From IMG/VR virus record IMGVR_UViG_3300004241_000321, positions 1 through 39,354 of that record: a DNA stretch of 39,354 nt, one strand, 5' to 3'. The DNA comes from a virus. Taxonomy: Duplodnaviria; Caudoviricetes. Positions 18,397 through 27,568 of this stretch are shown in pieces; positions within the stretch are counted from its first letter, which is position 1; each line of letters begins with the position of its first letter. Both the position numbers and the translations under genes were made by a program. Under the pieces are notes generated by a model. It was not told where the DNA came from. It searched no databases and worked only from the letters and a program-made list of their open reading frames with translations.

Positions 18397-20240
18397 TATC
18401 TCCCCCTCGATATGATTCGTCTACCTGATTTTTTACCTAATCCGTTTGATGTATAGAATATCGGAGCAGATAATCTATCTACATCACGACCACTCAATGC
18501 ATACGCGCAGTCAGCATATATCCTACAATCCAGTGCCTCATTTCGTTTTTGACCTGGATTGACCCAGCGCCCTTCGGCATTCTTTTTCTCAGTTAACAGC
18601 TGATCAAAATACGTTTTGTCATAAGACATTGGAAAATGACAAAAGTTTGATCCTTTTTCGGTCAAAATTACACGAGAAAAAAAATCATCTTTGGCCGCAT
18701 TCGGTCCAACGATATAAAGCTTGGTCTCATATTTCGTTTTTGATGGGATTTTATTGACGATAGGAGATTCTATGGCCGTTGATCCTTTGACGGCATATAC
18801 TCGGTTTATGGCTCGTTTAGCGGTAAATTCTCCGACTGCTTTTGATCTATGCCCACCAAAGTCCACAGTAGAACAATAAATCTTCATAGGGTTACCGGAT
18901 TCGTGCATAAACGTTTTTCGTAATAAATATTCATCGAGAGCTTTTTTAGTCTCAGGTAACGCAGGATCTCCATTAATAATGTTCTTCTCTATCCCCCATG
19001 TCTCACCATTTTTACCATATCCTACAACTTCAACTTCAAAACGTGTTTCGTGAGTGTCAACCCCTGCACACAACATATAAACTCCCGCCGGCACTTGCTC
19101 TGCATAATATTCTCTACGTTGTAGAAATGTATCAATACTAATATCGATTTTAATAAGCTCTTGTTCCCATTCTTCCGCAAAAATGGTATTTGTAACCGTT
19201 TTTAGTTTTGTTTTATCCCCTTTTTCTGCCGCTTCCGCCGCTTCTAAAAACCGTTCACATATTTTTGTCCAATCTCTACCCATACCGAGAGGTTGATACA
19301 TTCCTGTAATTCTGTAACCTCGTTTTTTGATATGAGGCTTATGCGGTATCCACTTCGCACCCGATTCTTCACTCATCATCCAAGTCTTTTTCTCTTCAGG
19401 AATCAAAGACCCACAATGAGGACAGCAAAACATAACATCACCTATGAGTTGACCGTGTTCATCTCTATCGAAAAGAAAAAATTTCCATTCAAAAATTACC
19501 ATATTTTCTATATTTTGTTTACTCTTGTCTAGCGGTGTACACTCAGGGCACGGCATATAATAATGTCGTTGATCCGATTTTGAAAACTCTTTTCCGATAT
19601 TTGATTTGTCGGATGTAGTGGGTGTACTATTTGAATAAAATTTATAGTTTGAGAATGTTTCAGTTCTACCTCGAGCCAAGTCTAGAGGATTCCCCTCATC
19701 ACCTACGTCAGTGGGCCATCGGTTGATATCGTCATTTAAAACTATTTCAGCAGGGATAGATGCGAATGATGATGGAGTTTGAGCCCATTTTATTTCTAAA
19801 AAACCATCCGGGAATACTTTCGATAAATCGGGTCCGCCGTCTCCGGCTTTTTTTGATGGTACGATTTTATCTGCAAGTGTCGGTATTTTTTTAATTGCAG
19901 GGTTAATACGGTTTTTAGCAGTCGTTTCAGCAATACCCTGAGTATGCATAATAAGCAATACGAGCGTAGGGTGTACATCAGAGTAATAAAGGGCTGTATT
20001 TACCCCTACCTCAGTAAACCCCATCTGAGTAGGCTTTACAACACATACATCCCTTACGGGGCTTTGTGGTGATAAACAATCCATAATCTCTTTGAGGTAT
20101 GGTGTCCGAGATGTTTGCCACATCCCTTTTTCCGCACCTTTTGAAATATATCTATTTTGATCAGCCCAGTCACTAATTAGAGGTGTTTTTTTAACCTGTA
20201 TAGCCTCTATAAAATGGTCATAATAAACTAATTCACTCAT
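18396..20240 (-). CDS. Terminase large subunit (lambda gpA family)
   Basis: SDWADQNR, RTPYLKEIMD, KPTQMGFTE, NSTPT, AGVD, RNEALDCRIY. Confidence 0.93.
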   Translation of the reverse strand: MSELVYYDHFIEAIQVKKTPLISDWADQNRYISKGAEKGMWQTSRTPYLKEIMDCLSPQSPVRDVCVVKPTQMGFTEVGVNTALYYSDVHPTLVLLIMHTQGIAETTAKNRINPAIKKIPTLADKIVPSKKAGDGGPDLSKVFPDGFLEIKWAQTPSSFASIPAEIVLNDDINRWPTDVGDEGNPLDLARGRTETFSNYKFYSNSTPTTSDKSNIGKEFSKSDQRHYYMPCPECTPLDKSKQNIENMVIFEWKFFLFDRDEHGQLIGDVMFCCPHCGSLIPEEKKTWMMSEESGAKWIPHKPHIKKRGYRITGMYQPLGMGRDWTKICERFLEAAEAAEKGDKTKLKTVTNTIFAEEWEQELIKIDISIDTFLQRREYYAEQVPAGVYMLCAGVDTHETRFEVEVVGYGKNGETWGIEKNIINGDPALPETKKALDEYLLRKTFMHESGNPMKIYCSTVDFGGHRSKAVGEFTAKRAINRVYAVKGSTAIESPIVNKIPSKTKYETKLYIVGPNAAKDDFFSRVILTEKGSNFCHFPMSYDKTYFDQLLTEKKNAEGRWVNPGQKRNEALDCRIYADCAYALSGRDVDRLSAPIFYTSNGLGKKSGRRIISRGR

Positions 20241-20931
20241 TGATTAGACCTTTCAGTGAGATTGCGAGTTGATCTTTTAAAATACTTTTTATTTCATGGA
20301 TTGATTGCTTACCAATCAGCTGAGGAGCCGATCTATCAATAGATATCATTGCCGCATTCACAAATGCTGATCCTGCTTCTGACGCTTGAACCTTTACTTC
20401 TGATTTTAGAATATAGAGCCCTTCCGTTATTTCATCTTCACGCTGTTTTCGAGCGATCTCTATCTCTTTGAGTTTAATGTTTAGTTCGGCGGTCATAGCA
20501 TCGGCCGCTTCTCGTTTTCTGCGTGATTCTGATAACTCAGCTTTATCTAAAAAATTTTGTTGTTCATCAGATAGAGAAGCACCAAGTATCTGAGCTTTAT
20601 TTTTTAGAGCGTCTACTGCCCTTTGAGCTTCTTCCCTTTCTTTTCGCTCTACTTCTTCTATCTCTTCTTCTGTCATATTTGCAGGGCTCTTGTATGATAC
20701 ATCTCCATCAAAAGGCAAAAGTGATCCATTATCTTGAGTAATATTTTCACGCTTGATATATTTTCCATCATCACCGATCTTTCCAAGCCCTTTAAGAGTT
20801 TTTATAGATTCTTCAGAATCTATCTCACCTTTGTCATTTATTTTTTTTAATATCCCGGATGAAATATATTTTCCAATCTGCTGTTGTGACACCCCTATTT
20901 GTTGTGCAAATTTTGATTGACTTATTTTCAT
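20233..20931 (-). CDS. Terminase small subunit
   Basis: N-terminal HTH (SQSKFAQQIGVSQQQIGKYI), coiled coil, directly upstream of the large subunit. Confidence 0.8.
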   Translation of the reverse strand: MKISQSKFAQQIGVSQQQIGKYISSGILKKINDKGEIDSEESIKTLKGLGKIGDDGKYIKRENITQDNGSLLPFDGDVSYKSPANMTEEEIEEVERKEREEAQRAVDALKNKAQILGASLSDEQQNFLDKAELSESRRKREAADAMTAELNIKLKEIEIARKQREDEITEGLYILKSEVKVQASEAGSAFVNAAMISIDRSAPQLIGKQSIHEIKSILKDQLAISLKGLINE

Positions 20932-20944
20932 AACATCCCCATCA

Positions 20945-21060
20945 AACTACTACTACAACGTGCTTCTGAGCTACAACCATTTTTACAAAAAAACTATTAC
21001 AGTGGGATTCTTTCGAGGTTGCGAGTACCCTCGGCAGTTCAAAACCCCCCAAAGGACCCG
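20945..21060 (-). other. Putative cos packaging site (cosQ, cosN-like dyad, cosB-like repeats)
   Basis: CGGGTCCTTT at 21060-21051 contains lambda cosQ GGGTCCT; followed by CGAGG-N10-CCTCG dyad and two CTACAAC repeats before terS. Confidence 0.65.
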
Positions 21061-21063
21061 TGC

Positions 21064-21654
21064 TCATCTCATACCTCTAAACGCGATATCAATTCCATCG
21101 CTGATATATCGATGTACGTTACGGTCGTAAACCTTTTGCCCTATCTCATAGAAGTCGAAGACCTTTTTAATCTTCGCTTGTTTCTCTAACCAATAAAGAA
21201 TTACGAACCGTGAACGTTTACCTTTACCTTTTCGAACAGCGATAGCATCACCTTTTGACGTATGAATCAGAAATGATCCTTTAACATTACGTGGACGATT
21301 CGCACGGGTGATAATGTCGCGCTTACTACGCTTAACTTCAGCGGTAGGTATAGCGATACGACCACGTGCCGTCTTAGTTCCTCCCTCAGCGTGAAGCACC
21401 AACCAATCAGCACGAGTATAGACCGATGCATTGAGATCATTCTTTTTTGCGAACTGAACATTGAAACCAAAACGAGATCGAGGTTCATACCATCGACCGC
21501 GTAATGTAAATGCGTTCTTAGCCCCTGCAAGTTCTGAATCACGCATATGAGTTGCTAGGTTATTCAATCCAACCGATGATCCATAACTGATCTGCTTCGG
21601 TATTGATCCTATGAAAGAGTTGATCTCTCTGAAGTTAGCATTCATCTTGATCAT
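21064..21654 (-). CDS. Tail completion/neck protein (gpZ-like)
   Basis: Basic 196 aa; LVLHAEGGTK...IAIP, KKVFDFYE pattern; displaced upstream of cos. Confidence 0.5.
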   Translation of the reverse strand: MIKMNANFREINSFIGSIPKQISYGSSVGLNNLATHMRDSELAGAKNAFTLRGRWYEPRSRFGFNVQFAKKNDLNASVYTRADWLVLHAEGGTKTARGRIAIPTAEVKRSKRDIITRANRPRNVKGSFLIHTSKGDAIAVRKGKGKRSRFVILYWLEKQAKIKKVFDFYEIGQKVYDRNVHRYISDGIDIAFRGMR

Positions 21655-22487
21655 GCCACTCTCCCAACTGGTTTGATAAACTCTAATGCTCCGACTTTGA
21701 ACAGCTCAACCAAACGCTCAGGGGTCAGGACTATTACTCGATTGCTACCGTTCTCGATAATACGTTGGTTAACCCGATCATACTCACCGATGATATCTTG
21801 ATCACCGTGACGTACTTTGATCATCTTAGGGATGTATGAGAGATAGGTTTCGTTCTTTAGGAAATTTGCAAGATTGTAATGCTTGCCGCCGACCTGCGGA
21901 TCGTGTAGGTATTGGATAGCTGATAGGATTAGTATTGATGGATTCATATCGGTTCGAGTGAACTGCTCGAACGCATCTTCTTTTTTACCGACGAACTTGG
22001 TGTTTTGAGAGTAAATGAAAAAGAGTTCCTGAAACTCACCGTCATTCCACCATTCTCTACGAAGTTCCCGCGCATGATTATTATTATTTAGATTAAAAGC
22101 TTCCCTCGGTAGTGGTTGCTCATTTTGCTCGGTTGATGTTATATAAGTTCCTATATTACGAGGTTTATAGTTGCTCGTTTTGCTCGGTTGTCTTTGCTCG
22201 TTTTGCTCGGTTGGAAATACGGCGTGGTTATAGTGTTGCTGATTTTTTAGGAACATATGATCCACAAATAGATCCATCTCTACTTTGAATTCTTTAATCC
22301 ATTCGTGAGAAGTACTGCGGGAGATATCCCATGATTTAGCATAGAACGATTCACTGTTATGATCACCATGCTCCATGTCATCCCAGAACTCCATAAAAGC
22401 ACGCGCTTTCTTACGCCCTGCAACACCTCTATCACGCTTGAGCTGTTGGATGAAGTCGGTTGGATAACTCTTATAATTCATTCTCAT
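21651..22487 (-). CDS. Replication initiator (lambda O-like)
   Basis: N-terminal wHTH-like segment, internal iterons, C-terminal FQELFFIYS...KKEDAFEQF...LANFLKNETY. Confidence 0.7.
   Translation of the reverse strand: MRMNYKSYPTDFIQQLKRDRGVAGRKKARAFMEFWDDMEHGDHNSESFYAKSWDISRSTSHEWIKEFKVEMDLFVDHMFLKNQQHYNHAVFPTEQNEQRQPSKTSNYKPRNIGTYITSTEQNEQPLPREAFNLNNNNHARELRREWWNDGEFQELFFIYSQNTKFVGKKEDAFEQFTRTDMNPSILILSAIQYLHDPQVGGKHYNLANFLKNETYLSYIPKMIKVRHGDQDIIGEYDRVNQRIIENGSNRVIVLTPERLVELFKVGALEFIKPVGRVA
22116..22213 (+). repeat. Three 20-bp iterons TTGCTCRTTTTGCTCGGTTG, putative replication origin
   Basis: Copies at 22116-22135, 22171-22190 and 22194-22213 with an AT-rich tract at about 22076-22098. 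Confidence 0.75.
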
Positions 22488-23755
22488 AGGACTACAATCT
22501 GCATTTTCTCATCATTGCCAGCGATTAAAGAGGAACGATCCGTATACGATGACGGAGTCTCATAGGTTACGATACTCGTTTTGATGCTGTCGAACTTCAA
22601 CTCTTCTTTGTTAAAATACAGCTTCGCCGGATAATGTAACACCTCTTGACGGTTTTTTTCACAGCTGACCTCTATACCGCCCTCTGTCTTTTTGAGCAGT
22701 AATTGCATATCTGTCTCGTAGTCGGATAATACAGAACCATAGCTCCCCATCTTGCCACTCTTCAACTCTTCACGTGAAGCCTGTACGATCATCAGGATAA
22801 CGATACCAGTCTCTTGCGTTACTGCGCTGAGGATAGAATCGATCTCCCCTTTTTTCTCAGCGTCACTGTTTCCTTTATAGGAACGGTGATTTAGCTTCAT
22901 CTTGGAATCAATAAGGGCAAATCGTATACCGTGTTTACGCCACATCGTTCGGATCATACGTGCGACATCGGTAACGTCTCGGCTTTTCATCATATTGGTA
23001 TCTATGATGTGATACCGCTTCATATTGCTTTTGCCCTTCATCCGCTCCGTGTACTTTGCCATCTTCCATTTAGGCATCTCGAAACTAAAGAAGAGTGAAT
23101 CGATATCAGTAGATACATTGAACAGTATTTGCTTCATGAGCGTTGTTTTACCGACGTTACGCTCTCCTCCGATATGGACGAGTTGTGCAGGTTCAAACCC
23201 ACCGCATAAAAGATTATCGAGAGCTTCTATGCCGGTACGGATCGGTTCAGGTATCTTCATAGTATGGAACTCTTCGATAGCTCGCTCCATAGTGATCGGC
23301 ATCGTCATGCCGCTCTTGATGATAGACTCACTCATCTCGAGCTCTAACATCGCATCGATGTCATCAGCACTATTGTTTTCCTCGAAAACCATGCTTTTTA
23401 TTTTAGTAGTCAGCTCTAGCAATTTTCTTTTTCTAGCTTTATCAACCATCTCATCGATATAGGGCTTGATGTTTGCTATGCTATTGGTAGTCAACACCTC
23501 TATCATAGTCCTCTCATCGAACCGACCTGATGCCACTAGATGTTTTTGGATAAAACTCTCTTCGATAGGTAGTCCTGAAGCGTGAAGTTTGAGGATTGCA
23601 GCACAGATGTTTTTGTGCGCTTGAAGATAAAAGAGGTTTTCGTCTAACATACCGACCATTTCATCAAGATTATCTGCATCATGGTAATTGATAAATATGA
23701 CAGAAGACAATACTGAACGCTCAAATGACAGGTTATATAGATGCTCTTCCATCAT
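22484..23755 (-). CDS. DnaB-like replicative helicase
   Basis: DnaB N-terminal domain (ERSVLSSV...FYLQAHKNI), TGIEALDNLLCGGF, Walker A GERNVGKT, FFSFEM, KNR. Confidence 0.85.
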   Translation of the reverse strand: MMEEHLYNLSFERSVLSSVIFINYHDADNLDEMVGMLDENLFYLQAHKNICAAILKLHASGLPIEESFIQKHLVASGRFDERTMIEVLTTNSIANIKPYIDEMVDKARKRKLLELTTKIKSMVFEENNSADDIDAMLELEMSESIIKSGMTMPITMERAIEEFHTMKIPEPIRTGIEALDNLLCGGFEPAQLVHIGGERNVGKTTLMKQILFNVSTDIDSLFFSFEMPKWKMAKYTERMKGKSNMKRYHIIDTNMMKSRDVTDVARMIRTMWRKHGIRFALIDSKMKLNHRSYKGNSDAEKKGEIDSILSAVTQETGIVILMIVQASREELKSGKMGSYGSVLSDYETDMQLLLKKTEGGIEVSCEKNRQEVLHYPAKLYFNKEELKFDSIKTSIVTYETPSSYTDRSSLIAGNDEKMQIVVL

Positions 23756-23889
23756 ATCCCCTTAAACCCACTGGCTTTAAGCTCAGTCATAATTATTTTT
23801 CGGATTTTAATTTTTTGGTTAAATTGGATAAATGGCGCTTTCATAATGATCTTATTGGCAGTAAGTAGTAAGTTTTGTTTGATACTCAT
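23752..23889 (-). CDS. Small basic hypothetical protein (45 aa, MSIKQNLLL...)
   Basis: Manual translation; ATGA overlaps with both neighbours. Confidence 0.6.
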   Translation of the reverse strand: MSIKQNLLLTANKIIMKAPFIQFNQKIKIRKIIMTELKASGFKGI

Positions 23890-24185
23890 CCGTAGACCCT
23901 CGCTCCATCTTGGTTCTCAAAATGACATCCACACCCTTTATAAAAATAGCGTGTATGGTTCCCGCCTCTTCCGTTTGGTTCATCGATCACCATTAGAGGA
24001 CTCGTTGCACCTGCTTCTTGGAACTTTTTGTGCAGATCAGCAATACGCTGAGAAAGGTGATAGATTTCTAACCCACCATCTTGCTTAGGCTTTGAAGCCT
24101 CGACGAATGTCAATGATTTCCCCGCAGTGAAGTGGGTGTGAAGCGTATACGGTGTTGAGCCTGATTTAAACGTGATCTTTGCCAT
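23886..24185 (-). CDS. Winged HTH protein (HTH_39-like)
   Basis: GKSLTFVEA...IYHLSQRIADL...HTRYFY. Confidence 0.65.
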   Translation of the reverse strand: MAKITFKSGSTPYTLHTHFTAGKSLTFVEASKPKQDGGLEIYHLSQRIADLHKKFQEAGATSPLMVIDEPNGRGGNHTRYFYKGCGCHFENQDGARVYG

Positions 24186-24188
24186 CTC

Positions 24189-24707
24189 TTACTCCTCAAC
24201 ACTTACTTTGTGTTTTTTGATCATCTCTTCAAAAACTATCAAATGCGACCGCGCTTCATAGGCAATCCGTTCCAATTCAGCAGCTTCCATCTCATCGATC
24301 ACTCCGTCATCATTTTTGTGTTCCAAAAATTTCGAAGTAAGTGCACCGGATATGGAGGAGATCATTAGAAGTTTGTCTTTAAGCGATTCGGAGGTTGTTC
24401 CGCTTGGATCTACGCTAAAGGTGAAAACCCCGCCGTACTCTTTTGCAAGAGCATCGAGGATAATCTTACGTTCGTTACCGATGGTGTCCATAATGATAAT
24501 AAGCTCATATAGTGATAACGGTTTTGGTGTTGCGGGGTTATAAGTGGTATAATTTAGCTTTGCTCCTAGCTGTATGCTTCCGTTCTCTCCGGTTAACCCA
24601 ATCAGCGGTGCGATGTGTTGACGTGCGGTGATATTGTTTCGTCTTCCGAAAGTATTGATTGCTAAATCGACGGCTCTATATAGCCAAGGGTGCTTTGAAA
24701 TAGTCAT
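24189..24707 (-). CDS. Phage regulatory protein, CII-like
   Basis: LGAKLN...PLSLYELIIIM...ILDALAKEYGGVF...DDGVIDEMEA pattern; AAGGA RBS before ATG 24707. Confidence 0.65.
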   Translation of the reverse strand: MTISKHPWLYRAVDLAINTFGRRNNITARQHIAPLIGLTGENGSIQLGAKLNYTTYNPATPKPLSLYELIIIMDTIGNERKIILDALAKEYGGVFTFSVDPSGTTSESLKDKLLMISSISGALTSKFLEHKNDDGVIDEMEAAELERIAYEARSHLIVFEEMIKKHKVSVEE

Positions 24708-24780
24708 TGTGTATCCTTTGGACACTTATCTGAAGAGCGGCTCCCGAAGGTCCAACCGCCGCTCAGATAAATAGGTTGGT
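24708..24780 (-). ncRNA. Structured 5' leader with pseudoknot potential
   Basis: 13-bp bulged stem, cUUCGg tetraloop, CCAACC/GGUUGG pairing, RBS-sequestering hairpin. Confidence 0.45.
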
Positions 24781-24785
24781 TCGAC

Positions 24786-24826
24786 ATTATAGACATTAAT
24801 TGACATTATTGTCAAGTTTTGTCAAT
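24786..24826 (-). promoter_or_regulatory. Leftward early promoter with repressor-operator-like TTGACA repeats
   Basis: TTGACA-N18-TATAAT (24815-24786); palindrome TTGACATTATTGTCAA at 24800-24815. Confidence 0.75.
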
Positions 24827-24847
24827 TTTAATATTAGGAGGTTTAAT

Positions 24848-25492
24848 TTGGAGTCTAAAAAAATAGCTCTTGACCCTTATAGTTCGCAACCCGTATTAAA
24901 TGTTATCAGTGCTGCGAGACGTGCAGAGCGCAATATAGATGAGCTTATTGGAATATGCAAAGGAGTGATATCCGATGGTGAAGTTTCACAGTCAGAAGCA
25001 GAATTTATCCTAAAATGGATGGAATCAAACCAAGATGCAGCGAGCGTGTGGCCTGCGAATGTTTTGTATGAACGGATAAGCCTCTATTTATCAGACGGTT
25101 TTTTGGATAACGATGAGAAAGAAGACCTCCTAAAACTAATCACACAAATAACGGGGGGAGAAGCACCAGGTCAGATTTCAAGTATGACCTCTTCTCTACC
25201 ACTTGATAACCCACCGCCTGTTATTGAGTTTGAAGAACGAGTGTTCTGCTTGACTGGAGCTTTTACGGTAGGATCGAGAGATAATGTAACAAAACTCATA
25301 GAGAGCAAGGGTGGAAAGTGTGTCAAAAACCCTACGCTTAGTACAGACTACCTTGTAATCGGGATCATAGGTAGCCGTGATTGGATACATTCGACATATG
25401 GGCGTAAGATCGAAGCGGCCGTATCAATCAGAGATAGTGAGAAAACTACCATTAGTATAGTGTCCGAAGAGCACTGGATAAAATTCATTTAA
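24848..25492 (+). CDS. TerB-like plus BRCT domain protein
   Basis: AGGAGG RBS with TTG start; IDELIGICKGVISDGEVSQSEA; FCLTGAF...KGG...TDYLVIG...GRKIEAA...IVSEEHW. Confidence 0.8.
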   Translation: MESKKIALDPYSSQPVLNVISAARRAERNIDELIGICKGVISDGEVSQSEAEFILKWMESNQDAASVWPANVLYERISLYLSDGFLDNDEKEDLLKLITQITGGEAPGQISSMTSSLPLDNPPPVIEFEERVFCLTGAFTVGSRDNVTKLIESKGGKCVKNPTLSTDYLVIGIIGSRDWIHSTYGRKIEAAVSIRDSEKTTISIVSEEHWIKFI

Positions 25493-25503
25493 AGAGGGAA
25501 GCA

Positions 25504-25857
25504 ATGAGTAAAATAAAAGTACACGCAGGAGATTTTACAGATGGAGAACTCGGTATGTTTAGCATTTTGACGATGAAATCAAAAGAACACCCTTGGATGG
25601 GAGAGTCGATTACTTTGGATAAACTACAATCAGTAGAAATGGCAAATGAGGAGAGCGTTAAAAAAGTAGGTGGAACTGTTGGATGGGGAGTTGCCGGAGC
25701 TGTAGTATTGGGTCCGGTTGGTCTATTAGCCGGGCTGTTACTCGGAGGAAAAGGAAAAGAAGTAACTTTTGTTGCCAAATTCAAAGACGGCAGAAAGATG
25801 CTAGCTACTACAGACAGTAAAACTTATACAAAGTTACAAGCAGCAGTATTTAGTTAA
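25504..25857 (+). CDS. Glycine-zipper membrane protein
   Basis: GGTVGWGVAGAVVLGPVGLLAGLLLGG; AGAGGG RBS. Confidence 0.75.
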   Translation: MSKIKVHAGDFTDGELGMFSILTMKSKEHPWMGESITLDKLQSVEMANEESVKKVGGTVGWGVAGAVVLGPVGLLAGLLLGGKGKEVTFVAKFKDGRKMLATTDSKTYTKLQAAVFS

Positions 25858-25859
25858 AT

Positions 25860-25873
25860 TTTCCCGCGGGAAA
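25860..25873. repeat. 14-bp palindrome TTTCCCGCGGGAAA, copy 2
   Basis: Perfect copy just after the stop codon at 25857. Confidence 0.9.
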
Positions 25874-26023
25874 ATAACGCTACTTTATGGAATGATCTTT
25901 GCATTACACTAATAGATTCGGAAGCGGTACTTTTAGAAATGTTACTAAAGGTAAAAAGTAGCAATATATTTCCGGTAAAGTGCAAATTATTTCCGATTTG
26001 ACGATATACTAAGCACATGGATT

Positions 26024-26046
26024 GTTTACGTTTGTGTAACGTAAAC
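26024..26046. promoter_or_regulatory. Palindrome GTTTACGTT-N5-AACGTAAAC, copy A
   Basis: Covers the -35 region of a promoter with TATAAT at 26067-26072. Confidence 0.7.
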
Positions 26047-26099
26047 GGATATTAAGTAGATTTAGATATAATTCCGCAACTTTTTTAAGGAGGTTGTAA

Positions 26100-26570
26100 A
26101 TGTTGGCAGTAAACAATGTTTATTTTCAAAATCAACCGTCTATTGCAGAAGAACTATATAAAGCTGTTTCAAATCATTTCTCCCAATATTTGAGAAAAAG
26201 AAATTTTGAAATCGAGCTCAAAAAATTTGAGTCAAAAGCTTTTGAAGTAATAAGCAAAGCACATGAATATAATGCAAAAATGGAGCAAGTCAGAGATTTT
26301 GTTGATTTGTATTATATTAATGATGTCCAAGAGGACGAACAAATATTGAATCAGTTTGCTGATTTGATTGATGGGATATTACCTGATATAGAGTATGTAT
26401 TAGATTCGGAAGATATAGCATCTTTCCCAAATCCTATACGGGATATTTATATTAATGCATTTGATGAGCTATACTCGAATATGGTGAACATAAAATTTGC
26501 AATTTCACAAAAGATAGCTCAAGCATATGCTGACAGTAAAAGCGACTTCGAACTTCTTCAAAATGCGTGA
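26100..26570 (+). CDS. Putative antitoxin (acidic, helical)
   Basis: AAGGAGG RBS; overlaps the downstream RelE-like gene. Confidence 0.55.
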   Translation: MLAVNNVYFQNQPSIAEELYKAVSNHFSQYLRKRNFEIELKKFESKAFEVISKAHEYNAKMEQVRDFVDLYYINDVQEDEQILNQFADLIDGILPDIEYVLDSEDIASFPNPIRDIYINAFDELYSNMVNIKFAISQKIAQAYADSKSDFELLQNA

Positions 26571-26925
26571 TAAGCTGATCGATGCTGGTTTATTCAGCAT
26601 TGAGCAGTATCAAGCTACGCGTGATGCTTTTAAAAAAAACCCAAAAGATACAAATTTACGACCTCATAAAATATCATGTAAAGAAGGTCATACTCTCATA
26701 TCTATAACGATACTACCAAAAACACAGTTTAGAATCATGGCAAATATGAAAGATTGTGATCCAACTATAGCAATATTTTCATGGGTAGGTAAACATAGAG
26801 AGTATGAACGAATTATAAAAGATAAAAAGAATTGTAGATCATTATTTGTTAGTTGTAAAGATGCTGTTAATGATGATCCAAAAGAAATAACTCCCCCTAC
26901 ACCTACCTCTGCATCCTCAAAATAA
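26527..26925 (+). CDS. RelE/ParE-superfamily toxin (YafQ/HigB-like)
   Basis: MLTVKATSNFFKMRDKL, NPKDTNLRPHKI, QFRIM, WVGKHREYE. Confidence 0.7.
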   Translation: MLTVKATSNFFKMRDKLIDAGLFSIEQYQATRDAFKKNPKDTNLRPHKISCKEGHTLISITILPKTQFRIMANMKDCDPTIAIFSWVGKHREYERIIKDKKNCRSLFVSCKDAVNDDPKEITPPTPTSASSK

Positions 26926-27568
26926 CTTTCCCTACAATATGAAATGACCGCTGATCATCAGTCGGGTTAAATGTATTAACCGAATAGCTTTGATTATCGC
27001 TGATGATATCGATCTTCCCTGCTCCCGCTTGCAACCGTTTTACCAACAGCACACTATCCCATTGAAGTACATAGATACCATCCCCGCTAAAATGGCTATT
27101 TTCCTCGATGATGACATAATCCCCATCTTTTAGCGTTGGGTACATACTATCCCCCTCCACTTCTATAGCTCGGATGTCTTTTAGGTTCGGCAACACTTTA
27201 AACAGCATCCGATCGATCAGCAGCTCTCCGGTAGTCACTACATCATAATGCTCATTCCCTTGCCCTGCTGATGCCTTTACGGACATTATCGGTGCGGCAA
27301 TCATTTTATTCTCATCATATTGAATATCGGATGGCTCTGATTTTTGAGCTGATTTGTCATTTTTGCCTATTTCAATATAAGCAATTTCTTCAATACTAAA
27401 CACATTTGTCAATTTTTGTTTGAGTTGGTAAGGTATATTTTTAGCACCTTTGCCTTTTTCATATCTACTTACCGCTGTTGCATCTATACCTATTTTACTG
27501 CCTAATTCAGGCTGTGTAAGTCCATTTTGTTCTCGAATTTCTTTTAATCTTTTAAACCATGTTGACAT
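26903..27568 (-). CDS. cI: CI-like repressor, HTH-XRE plus S24 peptidase
   Basis: RLKEIREQNGLTQPELG...VSRYEKG; ASAG cleavage site, VEGDSMYP, VKRL. Confidence 0.9.
   Translation of the reverse strand: MSTWFKRLKEIREQNGLTQPELGSKIGIDATAVSRYEKGKGAKNIPYQLKQKLTNVFSIEEIAYIEIGKNDKSAQKSEPSDIQYDENKMIAAPIMSVKASAGQGNEHYDVVTTGELLIDRMLFKVLPNLKDIRAIEVEGDSMYPTLKDGDYVIIEENSHFSGDGIYVLQWDSVLLVKRLQAGAGKIDIISDNQSYSVNTFNPTDDQRSFHIVGKVILRMQR

Noticed and set aside
25854-26018. Open frames on both strands of the gap (54 aa minus; in-frame continuation after the 25857 stop on plus)
   Set aside because: No RBS or convincing promoter, and no recognisable motifs.
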